This document shows, one piece after another, positions 29,492-40,321 of a stretch of 64,000 nucleotides of DNA. This DNA is from an uncultured Chloroflexia bacterium (GTDB lineage Bacteria; Chloroflexota; Chloroflexia; Thermomicrobiales; UBA6265). Location of the stretch: the NCBI GenBank assembly GCA_963724295.1, contig CAVRUC010000004.1, positions 160,001-224,000 on the forward strand, written 5' to 3'. The position numbers and the translations under genes were made by a program. Under the pieces are notes generated by a model. The model was given only the letters and a program-made list of their open reading frames with translations. It had not been told where the DNA came from and made no database searches. Every line of letters starts with the position of its first letter. The first letter of the stretch is position 1.

Positions 29492-31963
29492 ATGACATCC
29501 GAGACATCCTTCCAAGCGCCGACCTTCGGGGATCTCCTTCGCCAGCATCGACGCGCCTGCGACCTCACTCAGGAGGCACTTGCCGAACGTGCCGGCATCA
29601 GCGTGCGAGCCATCAGTGATCTGGAGCGCGGCGCCCGGACGCACCCGTACCGAGAGACGGCAAACCTGCTTGCTGATGCCCTGAAGCTCACCGGGAGAGA
29701 ACGGGCGGCACTACTGGGGTCAGCACGTCGTGTCCTGCCTGATGGACCGACTACACACGGTTCCCCTGACGTGCACCTCCCCCGTCCACTTACTGCGCTG
29801 ATTGGCCGTGACGAGGAACTGAGCGAGATCGAGCGATTGCTACGCGATGATCGCCTTCGATTGATCACGCTGACAGGTCCTGCTGGCGTGGGGAAAACCC
29901 GCCTCGCCATGGCAGCGGCAGTCTGTTTAGGTAAGGACTTCGTCGACGGTGTCGCCTTTGTCGATCTGGCGCCGCTCCAGGATCCTTCGCAGATCGTGCC
30001 TGCAATCGCCACCGCACTCGGGCTGCACGACCGGGGTGCTATTCCACCGCTGGAATCTCTGCGTCGTGTGCTGCGCACTCGCCAGGTGCTGTTGATACTG
30101 GACAACTTCGAACACCTGGTCGCCGCCGCGCCGATCTTGAGTGAACTCTTGGAGGTTGGTTCAGGCGTTCAAGCTTTGGTCACTAGTCGCGCGATCTTGC
30201 GAATCCGAGGCGAACGGGAGTACCCGCTCCTTCCACTGCGCACCCCCGATCCTGGCGTGATCCTGTCGCTTCAAGAACTCGCCGGCTGGGAGGCTATCCG
30301 GCTCTTCGTGGAACGGGCGCGTGACGCGCAACGCAGTTTCCAGCTCACCGACCAGAATGCGGCGGACGTGGTAGCGATCTGCCGTCGCCTTGATGGACTA
30401 CCCCTCGCTATCGAGCTGGCGGCAGCACGGGTCAAGATCCTGCCACCTGCCACGCTCATGGCTCGGCTCGACCGACGCCTGCCGCTTCTTACTACCGGCC
30501 CACGCGACGCCCCGCCGCGACAGCGCACCTTGCAGGCCGCCATCGCCTGGAGCTACGACCTGCTGCAACCCACCGAGCAGGAGCTACTTCGATGCTTGGC
30601 CGTCTTCGCGGGCGGATGGACACTGCACGCGGCGGAGATGGTTGGCTTCCTTAGAGGCGTGCCCGATGTTCTGGATGCGCTCGCCGCGTTGGTCGAGCAG
30701 AGTCTTGTCGCCAGAGACGACGGCGGTTTCGCTCCCCGCTACCACATGCTCGAGACCATCCGTGAGTTCGCCCATGAGCAGTTGCTTGCCGCTGGGGAGG
30801 AGGAGCGCGCCCGCCGCGCCCACCTGCAATACCTCCTCCAGTTGGCATGTGAGAACGACCTGGAGCGGCTCGATGCCGACGTGGGAGCTCGGCTGGCTCG
30901 CCTCAAGGCCGAGGAGGCAAACCTGCTCACTGGCATTGATTGGGCCATTGACCATGATCCGGAGTTTGCTCTGGAAGTGCTGGCCGAACTCGACTGGTTC
31001 TGGTTCCTTACCGATCAGTCCGGAGTGGGGCGCGCCCTGCATGAGCGGGTGCTCGCGACGGAAATTGGCGAGGATCGCCACGCGCGGTCTCGTGTTCTGC
31101 AACAGGCGGCCTGGCTCGCCAGCGTGGTTGGAGACTTCGCGGCATTGGGTCCACTCGCCGATGCCGCGCGGGCATTCGCCGAGCCCCTCGGCGATGCGCG
31201 CACGCTGGCCTACGCGCGAATGCATCAGGGCGACATCGCGATGAGCCAGGGTGACGCCGTCCGGGCCAAACCGCTGCTCGAAGACGCGCTGGTTCTGTTC
31301 GAAACCCTCGAGGACTCCTGGGGAACGATTGTGTGCCTGACCGCGCTCGGGATCGCGGCACAGGACCGGGGCGATCCGGAAGCGGCGGCCGCCTACTTCG
31401 AGCGCGTTGGCTTCATTTCCGCCGAGCGCCGGTTACCGGCTCACTACCAGGCCCATCACCTTGCCAACCTGGCTGTCGCGTATCGTCAGCTTGGGCGGCA
31501 CGAGGAGGCCTTCGAAGCCACCATCGAAGCCTTGCGGCTTGCCAGGCAGTCCGGCAGCCTCTCTACTGGCGCCGTCGCGCAAGCTGACCTCGCCAGGCTG
31601 CTTCTTGATCGCGGGGACGTCGCGCAGGCGGCACCACTCGTCGCGGAAAGTCTCCTCGTCTTGTCGGAGATCGGGAGCAACTGGGACATTACCCCGGTGT
31701 TGGAGCTTGGCGCGGCTGTGATGTCGGCAGGAGGCCGGTTCGAGGCAGCGGTGCGGCTCTTTGCAGCCGCGGCTGGTTTGCGGGACGCGATGCCCTACCC
31801 GATTGGTGCCGGCGAGCGCGCAACATACGAGCGCTGGCTGGCCGAGGTCAGTGATGCGCTTGAGGAGCCAGCATTCACGCGGACCTGGACTGTTGGTGAA
31901 GCCCAATCCCTGGCAGAAGCTATCGCCGAGGCGCGGGTAGAACTGGCGGCAATGGTTCACTAA
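29492..31963 (+). CDS. XRE-HTH-STAND ATPase-TPR transcriptional regulator
   Basis: [64 protein letters not shown] and TPRs; no C-terminal LuxR domain. Confidence 0.92.
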   Translation: MTSETSFQAPTFGDLLRQHRRACDLTQEALAERAGISVRAISDLERGARTHPYRETANLLADALKLTGRERAALLGSARRVLPDGPTTHGSPDVHLPRPLTALIGRDEELSEIERLLRDDRLRLITLTGPAGVGKTRLAMAAAVCLGKDFVDGVAFVDLAPLQDPSQIVPAIATALGLHDRGAIPPLESLRRVLRTRQVLLILDNFEHLVAAAPILSELLEVGSGVQALVTSRAILRIRGEREYPLLPLRTPDPGVILSLQELAGWEAIRLFVERARDAQRSFQLTDQNAADVVAICRRLDGLPLAIELAAARVKILPPATLMARLDRRLPLLTTGPRDAPPRQRTLQAAIAWSYDLLQPTEQELLRCLAVFAGGWTLHAAEMVGFLRGVPDVLDALAALVEQSLVARDDGGFAPRYHMLETIREFAHEQLLAAGEEERARRAHLQYLLQLACENDLERLDADVGARLARLKAEEANLLTGIDWAIDHDPEFALEVLAELDWFWFLTDQSGVGRALHERVLATEIGEDRHARSRVLQQAAWLASVVGDFAALGPLADAARAFAEPLGDARTLAYARMHQGDIAMSQGDAVRAKPLLEDALVLFETLEDSWGTIVCLTALGIAAQDRGDPEAAAAYFERVGFISAERRLPAHYQAHHLANLAVAYRQLGRHEEAFEATIEALRLARQSGSLSTGAVAQADLARLLLDRGDVAQAAPLVAESLLVLSEIGSNWDITPVLELGAAVMSAGGRFEAAVRLFAAAAGLRDAMPYPIGAGERATYERWLAEVSDALEEPAFTRTWTVGEAQSLAEAIAEARVELAAMVH

Positions 31964-32045
31964 AGGTCGCGGATGAAACCGGAGTGGGGCAGTCACCACG
32001 ACCAGTTCTGCAAGGACTTGGAACTGACCAGTTTGTCGCGAATCG

Positions 32046-33209
32046 CTACCCGGCCTCGCCCTCGGCCAGGATGTGGCGGGCGATGACGACCTTCTGAATC
32101 TCGCTGGCGCCGTCGTAGATCTGGGTGACCTTGGCGTCGCGAAAGTAGCGCTCGACGTCGTAACCCTTCAGGTAGCCGCGGCCGCCGAGGATCTGGATGG
32201 CGTTCGTCGTGTGCTTCATGCAGTTGTCGCTGCAGAACACCTTGGCCATGGCCGCTTCTCGCGTGAAGCGCACCCCCGTGCCGCGCACGGTCGCCGCACG
32301 CCAGGTGAGCCACTGCCCGGCCTCGATCTCGGTCGCCATCTCGGCCAGCATGAACTGAACCGCCTGCAAGTCGGCCAGCGGTTTGCCGAACTGAATGCGC
32401 CCCAGGGCATGAGTGCGGGCCGCGTCGAGAGCGGCCCGCGAGAGACCGAGTGCGATCGAGGCGACATCGATGCGGGTCACGTCGAGACTCGCCATGGCGA
32501 TCTTGAACCCCTGTCCCTCCTCGCCGAGCAGGTTCTGGCGCGGCACCCGCACGCCGTCGAACGTCACGCCGCCGAGCGGATTCCCGAGCTGACCGAGCTT
32601 GCGTTCCGGCGGCCCGATCGTCACCCCCGGCCGGTCGCGCTCGACCATCAGCACCGCCATGCCGCGCGTGCCCAACGATCGATCGAGGGTGCAGAGGACC
32701 ATGAAGGCATCCGCGATGGGGGCGAAGGTGATCGGCCACTTCGCGCCGTCGAGCACATAGCAGTCGCCGTCGCGACGCGCCATGGTTGCCAGCGACGCGA
32801 GATCCGACCCGGCGTCCGGCTCGGTCACGGCGAAGCCGATCGTGCAGTCGCCGCGCAGGAGCGGCGGCAACCACTGTCGCTTGACGGCATCGCCGCCGAA
32901 CCGGTCGAGGGCAAAGGCGGTGATGCGGATCGCTGAGACGATGTTGCCGAGCGCGGCGGAGGCCCAGGAGATCTCTTCGCAAGCGATGGTGGCGCCGACG
33001 GGATCACCGTGACCGAGGCTGCCCAGCCCCGACCGCCACTCCGCCGGCAGCTCCAGACCGAGCACGCCGAGGCGGGCAATGTGCTGAACGACCTCGGCCG
33101 GGTAGACGTCCTGCTCATCGATCTGGGACGCCAGCGGCGCCAGCTCTTTCCGGGCGAAAGCCCGCACCTGGTCTCGGATGGTGCGTTGCTCGTCGGTGAG
33201 ATCGATCAT
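32046..33209 (-). CDS. Acyl-CoA dehydrogenase
   Basis: FAVTEPDAGSD, GEEGQGFKIAM, RIQFGKPL, QILGGRGY and ERYFRDAKVTQIYDGASEIQ. Confidence 0.92.
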   Translation of the reverse strand: MIDLTDEQRTIRDQVRAFARKELAPLASQIDEQDVYPAEVVQHIARLGVLGLELPAEWRSGLGSLGHGDPVGATIACEEISWASAALGNIVSAIRITAFALDRFGGDAVKRQWLPPLLRGDCTIGFAVTEPDAGSDLASLATMARRDGDCYVLDGAKWPITFAPIADAFMVLCTLDRSLGTRGMAVLMVERDRPGVTIGPPERKLGQLGNPLGGVTFDGVRVPRQNLLGEEGQGFKIAMASLDVTRIDVASIALGLSRAALDAARTHALGRIQFGKPLADLQAVQFMLAEMATEIEAGQWLTWRAATVRGTGVRFTREAAMAKVFCSDNCMKHTTNAIQILGGRGYLKGYDVERYFRDAKVTQIYDGASEIQKVVIARHILAEGEAG

Positions 33210-33233
33210 CAGCCCGCCCTTGCGCCTCAGATA

Positions 33234-33345
33234 CCCTCACCCCAACGCTTGTCCTCACCCCCAACCCCCTCTCCCGTCGAAGACAGGAGAGGGGGCTTTC
33301 TCCCTTCTCCCCGCTCCGAGGGGAGAAGGGTTGGGGTTGAGGGGG
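33234..33345. repeat. REP-like composite palindromic element (CCTCACCCC-AACCCC-TCTCCC...GGAGAGGGG units, head to head)
   Basis: Hairpin CCCCCTCTCC...GGAGAGGGGG, an inverted unit CCCTTCTCCCC...GGGGAGAAGGGTTGGGGTTGAGGG, and a partial third unit at 33234. Confidence 0.75.
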
Positions 33346-33379
33346 TCACAAGGGAGACGGGGAGGGAGCTAGGGTGCTA

Positions 33380-34564
33380 CTAGCTCGCTTCGCCGCCCCA
33401 ACGTGCCGGGAAGTCGGGCATGTTCTCGCAACCGCACAGGGCGTAGTGCAGCGGCGGCATGTTCGGCTGGAGATACTGATCGAGATTCTCGCTCGTGATA
33501 ACAGGCTCCGGCAGAATCCACTCCTTGGGAACCTCTTGCCCTTGCAGGATCATCACCGCGGCGATGATCGGCGTCCGCCACTGGTAGGTCGGATAGGTCG
33601 GCGCAACCGCGGTCAGACCGTCGTCCTTCCACTTGCGCAGGAAGTCCTGCTGGTCCTCGCCGGTGATCGGTGGCACGTCCAGACCGAGGTCCTCGAAGGC
33701 TTCGATCGCGCCGACGCTGGTGGCACCGGCATCCATCCAGACGCCGTCGATGGTGCCGAAGCGGTCGATGTAGTCGGTGACGATCGACTTCGTGTTGGCG
33801 ACGTCACCCTCGGTGAACTCGACGCCAACGACGTTGACGCCGGCTTGATCAAAGATGGCCTTGGCCGCCGACCAACGCGTCTCGAGCACATCCACCCCGG
33901 GGAGGATGCGCAGCGCCAGGATGTTGCCGCCCGGTGCGACATTCTCGACCAGGAACTCGGCCGCGTCGGCGCCGAAGGCGTAGCCGCCGATCGGATGGAT
34001 GAAGGTGACTGGGCAGTCGGTGTTGACACCGCGGTCGAAAACGATCACGGGCAGTTGCTCGCACGCCTGCTCGACGGCAGGGGTCAGGGCAGCGGTGGTG
34101 TTCGGTGAGACGATCAGGATGCTGCAATCCTGGCCGAGCAGATCCTGGATATCGGCGATCTGCTTCTCGTCACTCCCCTCAGCGTCGACGTGAACGAACT
34201 CGGTGATGTCCGGCTGTAGGTCGACCTCGGCCTGCATCGTCGTCCACCCGACGACGCGCCAGGGATTGTTGACGCCGGCGTTGGAGAAGCAGACCTTGTA
34301 GGGTGGGTCTGTCGCGTACTCGCTGGTGTCGACGTACTCGGGCTCGAGCGCCTGCACCCACGGTTGATCGGCCGGGCCTTCCGGCTCGACGTCCCGCAGC
34401 CGCAGCTGCTCCTCGAACTCCTCCTGGACAAAGAACTCGGACTGGGGCCCGGTGGCCGGTGTGCTGTCCTGAGCGGCTGTCAGCCCTCCGCCGGTGACGA
34501 CGGCTACGAGCAGCGTTATGGCCGTCGCAAGTGCCCGGAAACGTTGACCCGCGGGGATACGCAT
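33380..34564 (-). CDS. Sugar ABC transporter substrate-binding protein (PBP1/RbsB-like)
   Basis: Signal peptide ending TAAQ; FSNAGVNNPWR, KQIADIQDL and IVFDRGV. Confidence 0.88.
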   Translation of the reverse strand: MRIPAGQRFRALATAITLLVAVVTGGGLTAAQDSTPATGPQSEFFVQEEFEEQLRLRDVEPEGPADQPWVQALEPEYVDTSEYATDPPYKVCFSNAGVNNPWRVVGWTTMQAEVDLQPDITEFVHVDAEGSDEKQIADIQDLLGQDCSILIVSPNTTAALTPAVEQACEQLPVIVFDRGVNTDCPVTFIHPIGGYAFGADAAEFLVENVAPGGNILALRILPGVDVLETRWSAAKAIFDQAGVNVVGVEFTEGDVANTKSIVTDYIDRFGTIDGVWMDAGATSVGAIEAFEDLGLDVPPITGEDQQDFLRKWKDDGLTAVAPTYPTYQWRTPIIAAVMILQGQEVPKEWILPEPVITSENLDQYLQPNMPPLHYALCGCENMPDFPARWGGEAS

Positions 34565-34696
34565 CGCCTCACTCCTCTGATGGCGCGGCCGCGGCACAGC
34601 TTTGTGCCCGGACGGCATCACGCCTCATCCACGTCCGACCGAACTACCGCCGCTGCGCTGCGACCCTCCTTTCGTAGTGACGAGGTGTCGATGTCT

Positions 34697-35704
34697 CTAT
34701 CGCGCCCGACGCAAGCGGTATGCCGCGTACGCGACGGCGCCGATGATGATCAGCCCTTGTACGGCGTCGCGCAATGGTTTCGGCAAGCCGAGCAAGTTGA
34801 GCAGCGTGAAGAGCGCCTCGAGCGCTAACGCCCCGGCCATGACGGCGACCATCGATCCGCGGCCCCCGCCCAGGGCGGCTCCGCCGAGCACGACCGCCGA
34901 GATCGCCTGAAACTCGTATCCGGCCCCGGCCTCCTGCGAGATGCCGGCGAAGCCTCCCACCAGGATGCCGGCGATGACAGCCGAAATACCGGAGAGCACG
35001 AAGGCGAGGGTGCGTACCCGCGGCACATCAACCCCCGAGAGGGCCGCAGCCCGTGGATTGCCACCGGCGGCGAAGATCTGCTTGCCGAACGTGGTGCGGT
35101 GCAGCAGGAGCACCGCGGCGATGCCGGTGACGACCAGAACGATCACCGAATAGGGGAGCTGCTCGATCACCGGTACATCCTCGATGCCGCGGCGGCCGAA
35201 AACGCGGAAGTTGTCGGGCAACGATCCGCGCGGCGCGCCACCGGACCAATAGAGAACCGCTCCCTGCAAGATGAGCAACATGCCAAGGGTCGTGATGAAG
35301 GAGGGGACGTAGAGCCGCGTCGTGACAATGCCGTTGATGAGTCCGACGACGATGCCGAGCGCAAAGAGGGCGACCACGACCCACAAGGTGCGGTCGGGAT
35401 CCCCTTCAGTCAGCCCGGCCGCGGCGACGACGACGGCGGTGATCAGTGAGCCGACCGACAGGTCGAACTCGCCGGAGACGATGACGAACATCTGCCCCGC
35501 GGCCAGGATCATCAGCGGCGCCGCGCGCTTGAGAAAGGCGAGGAAAACCGGGGGTTCCGTGAAGTTGGGGTTGAGGATAGCGATCCAGACGAGCAGCCCG
35601 ATGAGGACGACGAAGATCGGCGCCGTGCCGAGCGCGCCGCGCCGGAGGCGCTCCCGCCACGAGATCGTCAACTCCTGCTCGAAGCGAGCCGTCGTCGAGG
35701 TCAT
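34697..35704 (-). CDS. Sugar ABC transporter permease (RbsC type)
   Basis: GEFDLSVG, PSFITTLG, GGNPRAAALSGV and ISAVVLGGAALGGGRG. Confidence 0.92.
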   Translation of the reverse strand: MTSTTARFEQELTISWRERLRRGALGTAPIFVVLIGLLVWIAILNPNFTEPPVFLAFLKRAAPLMILAAGQMFVIVSGEFDLSVGSLITAVVVAAAGLTEGDPDRTLWVVVALFALGIVVGLINGIVTTRLYVPSFITTLGMLLILQGAVLYWSGGAPRGSLPDNFRVFGRRGIEDVPVIEQLPYSVIVLVVTGIAAVLLLHRTTFGKQIFAAGGNPRAAALSGVDVPRVRTLAFVLSGISAVIAGILVGGFAGISQEAGAGYEFQAISAVVLGGAALGGGRGSMVAVMAGALALEALFTLLNLLGLPKPLRDAVQGLIIIGAVAYAAYRLRRAR

Positions 35705-36684
35705 GTGCGAGACCGATGGCTGCGCAGAGAATAGGCCGCGACCGCAGCGACGATGATCACCCCGCGCAGGACATCCTTGAGGTAGGTGTTGACTTCCAGC
35801 TGGTTGAAGAGATTGTCGAGCAGGGCCAGGATGAGCACGCCGGCGACGGTCCCCAGCACGCCGCCCTTGCCGCCGCTGAGGGCGGTGCCGCCGAGGACCA
35901 CGGCCGCAATCGACTCCAGGTCGTAGTTGCCGTCGGGGCCGACCCAGGGGGCGCCGGCTCCCAGCCGGCTGACAATGAACAGCCCGGTCAGGACGCAGGT
36001 CAGACTACAGAGGACATGGGCGCCAATCAGCGCTCGCGCCGAGCGGACGCCGGAGAGGCGAGCGGTCTCCTCACTGCCACCGATCGCGTACAGGTGATGG
36101 CCAAACCGGGTGTAGCGCAGCAGGAACCAGGCGAAGAGGACGACGGCGAGGAAGAGGAGGACCGAGTACGGCACCGGACCGATGCCGCCGTAGCCCAATA
36201 CCTGGACTTCGGCCGGCACCGCTCCGGCGAAGTTGTCGAAGCTGGAGTTGAGGACGCCGCGCAGAATCAGCGCCATGCCGAGGGTGGCGATGAAGGGATT
36301 GACGCCCAGTCCGGTGATAATCAACCCGTTGGCGAGACCAATGGCAATGCCGATGGCGATGACGACGCCGATGCCGAGGAGCATCCGGTCGGGATCGCCC
36401 TGCATCACGTACGAGGCCATCACCGCGGTCACGCTGACCTGATAGGCGACAGAGAGGTCGAGCGATCCGCCGAGGATAACGAGGGTCTGGCCGACCGCGA
36501 CCATCCCGAGCGCGACCGAGCGGACGAGGGTGTTGGCGAGGTTGATCTGGCCACCATTGGCCAGGATGAGTCCCCAGGAGATCAGGGCCACCAGCGCCAG
36601 CACGCCGTAGATCACGGCGGTATCGGTGTCCAGCCCACGCCAGGCGCGGGCGGCGCGGTTGGGGGCGGCGGGCACGGCGATCAT
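35701..36684 (-). CDS. Sugar ABC transporter permease (RbsC type)
   Basis: GSLDLSV, NPFIATLG and ESIAAVVLGGTALSGGKG; 4-bp overlaps with neighbours. Confidence 0.92.
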   Translation of the reverse strand: MIAVPAAPNRAARAWRGLDTDTAVIYGVLALVALISWGLILANGGQINLANTLVRSVALGMVAVGQTLVILGGSLDLSVAYQVSVTAVMASYVMQGDPDRMLLGIGVVIAIGIAIGLANGLIITGLGVNPFIATLGMALILRGVLNSSFDNFAGAVPAEVQVLGYGGIGPVPYSVLLFLAVVLFAWFLLRYTRFGHHLYAIGGSEETARLSGVRSARALIGAHVLCSLTCVLTGLFIVSRLGAGAPWVGPDGNYDLESIAAVVLGGTALSGGKGGVLGTVAGVLILALLDNLFNQLEVNTYLKDVLRGVIIVAAVAAYSLRSHRSRT

Positions 36685-38264
36685 GCGGCTGCCAAGGTCT
36701 CGCGCTCACCGGTGGCGAGGAGCATGATCTGGGCTTCGCTAGCTCCCGGCGGCAACTCGCCGGCGATCGTACCGTCGCGCATGACGAGGATGCGGTCACT
36801 CATGCCAATCACCTCCGGCAGCTCCGAGGAGATCATCAGGATGGCGGCGCCGGCTCGCGCCAGCTCGCGCATCAGCTCGTGGATGCCTGCTTTGGCGCCG
36901 ACGTCGATACCGCGCGTCGGCTCGTCGAAGATCAGGATTTGCGCCCGCGTTGCCAACCACTTGGCGAGCACGACCTTTTGCTGATTGCCTCCGCTCAGGT
37001 AGCGGACCTCCTGCTCGAGGCTGGCGGCCCGCAGCTCCACGCGGCGGGCCAGTTCGAGGACCGAAGGCGCCTCCTTGTCCTTGACCGGGCGATCATTCAT
37101 GCGCGCCTGGCCCAAGGAGCGGAGCGCGAGCAGCGCGTTGTCGCGTACTGATTGGGGCAGGATCAAGCCTTCCAGCTTGCGATCCTCGGTCAGAAAGCCG
37201 ATCCCGGCCCGGATCGCCTGCCGCGGGGAACGGATGCGGACCGGTTTTCCGTTGAGCTCGACGGCGCCAGCCGTGAAGGGCTCGACGCCGAAGAGAGCCC
37301 GCGCCACCTCGGTCCTCCCCGCTCCGGCCAGACCGGCCAGCCCGACGATCTCCCCAGCCCGAACCTCGAAGTCGATGTCGTGGAGCTTGCCGACGGCGCC
37401 GCCGCGAACCTGCATCCGCACTGGCCCGATCTCAGCGGCGGCGGCGCGCGGCGGGAAGTAGTGATCCAGCTCGCGGCCGACCATCATTCGCACCAGCTCG
37501 CCGGGGCGCACCGACTCGCTAGCGACCGTGTCGACCCGGCGTCCATCTTTGAGGACGGTGATCCGCCGCGACAGTTCGAAGATCTCTTTCAGCCGGTGCG
37601 AGATGTAGAGCACGGCCAGACCGCGCTGCTGCAGGAGCCGCACCCGCTCGAAGAGCGCGTCGACCTCGTGCGGTGACAGCGCGGCGGTCGGCTCATCCAT
37701 GACCAGGATCCTGGCCTCGAAGGAGAGCGCCTTGGCGATCTCGACCGTTTGTTGCTGCGCCACGGAGAGCTCGCGCACCGGGGAGCCGGGCGAGATGGTG
37801 CCCTCGACGCCGAGCTCGGCCAGCAGCCTGGCGGTCGCCTCCTCCATCGCACGGTTGTCGACGAGCGGTCCCCGCGCTGGCTCGCGGCCGAGAAAGATGT
37901 TCTGGGCGACCGTCCGCTCGGGGAGGAGGTTGAACTCCTGGTAGATGATGCTCACCCCGCGCTCCTGCGCCTGGCGGGGGTGGCTGAAGCGGACCTCTTC
38001 GCCGTCGAGGAGGATCGACCCCGCGTCGGGTTGATAAGCGCCGACGAGGATCTTCATCAGGGTGCTCTTGCCGGCGCCATTCTCGCCGACGACGGCATGG
38101 ACCTCACCGGCCATCACGTCGAGGTCCACAGAATCGAGGACCGGCACGCCGAAGAAGCTCTTGGTGATGCCGCGCATCTGGAGCAGCGGCGCGCCAGGTT
38201 GGGCGCCGTCGGACTCACCTGTCACGGACGGGCCGGTGCTGACGCCTGAATCGAGCTTATCCAT
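36681..38264 (-). CDS. Sugar ABC transporter ATP-binding protein (two NBDs, RbsA type)
   Basis: GENGAGKST, MDEPTA, LSGGNQQKV and DEPTRGIDVGAK. Confidence 0.95.
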   Translation of the reverse strand: MDKLDSGVSTGPSVTGESDGAQPGAPLLQMRGITKSFFGVPVLDSVDLDVMAGEVHAVVGENGAGKSTLMKILVGAYQPDAGSILLDGEEVRFSHPRQAQERGVSIIYQEFNLLPERTVAQNIFLGREPARGPLVDNRAMEEATARLLAELGVEGTISPGSPVRELSVAQQQTVEIAKALSFEARILVMDEPTAALSPHEVDALFERVRLLQQRGLAVLYISHRLKEIFELSRRITVLKDGRRVDTVASESVRPGELVRMMVGRELDHYFPPRAAAAEIGPVRMQVRGGAVGKLHDIDFEVRAGEIVGLAGLAGAGRTEVARALFGVEPFTAGAVELNGKPVRIRSPRQAIRAGIGFLTEDRKLEGLILPQSVRDNALLALRSLGQARMNDRPVKDKEAPSVLELARRVELRAASLEQEVRYLSGGNQQKVVLAKWLATRAQILIFDEPTRGIDVGAKAGIHELMRELARAGAAILMISSELPEVIGMSDRILVMRDGTIAGELPPGASEAQIMLLATGERETLAAA

Positions 38265-38317
38265 CAGTCTGCATCAACTGAATCATGCCCTCTTGTACTG
38301 TCGGCTGATTCCTCCTG

Positions 38318-40186
38318 TCAATGCGCCGGACCGGCGGGTGATGTCACCAGGGGCAACGTGAAGGAAAACGTTGCGCCCTGGCCCGGAGTGCTCTGAACCC
38401 AGATGGTTCCGCCATGGCCCTGCACAATGTGCTTGGCGATCGCCAGACCCAACCCGGAGCCCGCCGAGCGCCGGGCCGAGTCACTCTTATAGAAGCGCTC
38501 GAAGATGCGCGGCAGCTCCTCTGCGGTGATGCCGACCCCGGTGTCGCGAACCGACACCCACAGCATTCCGTCCGTCACCCCCGCGTCGACGACAATTTCG
38601 CCCCCCTCGGGGGTGAACTTCACGGCGTTGTGGATCAGGTTGATGAGGACTTGCTCAATGCGACCGCGGTCGACCCGTACCTGCGGCAGGTCCGGTGCGG
38701 CCTCGACGCGGATCACCAGGCCAGCACGCTCCACTTGCGTTCGCAGCCGCTCGACAGCCCGCATCAGCAGGTCGACCGGATCGTAGGCCTCTGCCTTGAG
38801 AACCGCGCGTCCCGACTCGAGCCGAGCCAGATCCAACAGCTCGTCGACGAGAGCGACAAGATGGTCCACCTCTCCGATGATCCGTCTGAAAAAATCGCTG
38901 GCGACCGCCGGGTCGTTCGCCGCGCCGGTCTCGAGTGTCTCGACCACCGCCCGGATCGAGGCCAGCGGGGTGCGCAGCTCGTGCGACACGTTGGTGACGA
39001 ACTCCCGGCGCACTCGTTCCAGGCGTCGTAACTCCGTTACGTCCCGCAACACCATCAGCCCGAGCCGCTCCCCGCCGCCAGAGAACGGCTGCGCTGACGC
39101 CTCGAAAACTCGACTGCCGAGTCCATAAGCAACGGTGGCCGTCTGAGATCCATCCATAGCCAGGGCATAACTGAGCAGGCCGGCCAGATCATGGTCGCGC
39201 GAAGCCACGACAAAGGGCTGACCGACGGCCTCCTCCCTCGTCGCCCCAAGCATGCGCGCGGCCGCGGCATTCAATTGCACGACCGTGCCCGCATCATCGG
39301 TGATCACGACACCGTCATTGAGGTTGGCAAGCATCGCTTCCAGCCGGGCTCGCGAACGTGCTTGCTCGGTCACCAGTCGTCGCAGGTCCGCGGCCATGGC
39401 GTTGAAGTCGCGGGCCAGGTCGCCGAGCTCCCGCACACCGGCCGGTCGTACGGCTGCATCGAGTTGCCCGGTTGCGATGATTCCGGCCTGACGGCGGAGA
39501 TCCTCCAGGGGACCGGTGATTCTCCCGGCCACAAAAATCGCGACGGCAATTGCAAGTACCGCCGCGCTCACGGTAGCAATGGCGACGTCACGGCGAATTC
39601 TCGCAACCGCGGCGTTCACATCGTGTAGCGGGAAGGCCACCCGAGCCACCGCCCCTGACACTTCCGGAATCGGCACGGCGACATAGAGGAAATCCGCGTC
39701 GAGTGTCGCGCTATGGCGCCCTGCTTCCCCAATTCCGACCCGTCGCGCAAGGATCACTTCCGGTCGCCCGCCGTGGTTATCCATCGTTCGTGGGTCAGCC
39801 ACGGAGTCGCCGAGGACCGAGCCGTCGGCCGCTACAACAGTCACCCGTCCGTTGATTCGCTCACCCAGCCGCTTGACGAGAGGCTCGATAGCCTCGATCC
39901 CCTCGCCGGCTTCAAGCGACGGCGCCACGGCCGCAGCCACGATCTGGGCCTGATCCGCGAGCTGCTCAGACAGGCGATCGACGAAGAACTGACGACCTCC
40001 AACGGCGAGGTAGCCCCCGAGCACCAGGAGGACAGCAACGACGAGTCCTACCTGCGTCAGAGCCAGACGGCCGCGCACGGTCTGGGGTAGGTGTGTTGCC
40101 AGGAAATGACCGCGAATTGGCGTCGCGCCAGTATCTTGAGCGGCCGGCGATGGGACTGAGGCAGCACGAGCCGGAGTGGTGGGCAT
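38318..40186 (-). CDS. phoR: PhoR-like sensor histidine kinase (TM-sCache-HAMP-PAS-HisKA-HATPase)
   Basis: MDNHGGRPEV, RREFVTNVSHELRTPL, NLIHNAVKFT, DTGVGI and GSGLGLAI; adjacent to the pst locus. Start uncertain. Confidence 0.85.
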   Translation of the reverse strand: MPTTPARAASVPSPAAQDTGATPIRGHFLATHLPQTVRGRLALTQVGLVVAVLLVLGGYLAVGGRQFFVDRLSEQLADQAQIVAAAVAPSLEAGEGIEAIEPLVKRLGERINGRVTVVAADGSVLGDSVADPRTMDNHGGRPEVILARRVGIGEAGRHSATLDADFLYVAVPIPEVSGAVARVAFPLHDVNAAVARIRRDVAIATVSAAVLAIAVAIFVAGRITGPLEDLRRQAGIIATGQLDAAVRPAGVRELGDLARDFNAMAADLRRLVTEQARSRARLEAMLANLNDGVVITDDAGTVVQLNAAAARMLGATREEAVGQPFVVASRDHDLAGLLSYALAMDGSQTATVAYGLGSRVFEASAQPFSGGGERLGLMVLRDVTELRRLERVRREFVTNVSHELRTPLASIRAVVETLETGAANDPAVASDFFRRIIGEVDHLVALVDELLDLARLESGRAVLKAEAYDPVDLLMRAVERLRTQVERAGLVIRVEAAPDLPQVRVDRGRIEQVLINLIHNAVKFTPEGGEIVVDAGVTDGMLWVSVRDTGVGITAEELPRIFERFYKSDSARRSAGSGLGLAIAKHIVQGHGGTIWVQSTPGQGATFSFTLPLVTSPAGPAH

Positions 40187-40283
40187 TGGCGGCAGTATAG
40201 CCGGGGGTCCGTCGTTCCCTAGTCGCCTGCGCGAGGAGTAATTGGCCCCGACACGGCGCCCGCTCTCCATTTGGCCAAAGACG

Positions 40284-40300
40284 TTAACAATTCTCTGACA
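40284..40300 (+). promoter_or_regulatory. Putative Pho box (TTAACA-N5-CTGACA, 11-bp period)
   Basis: Lies between the divergent phoR and phoB; the same motif recurs at 45991-46012. Confidence 0.55.
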
Positions 40301-40321
40301 CGAGTCGACGCCACGACTAGT

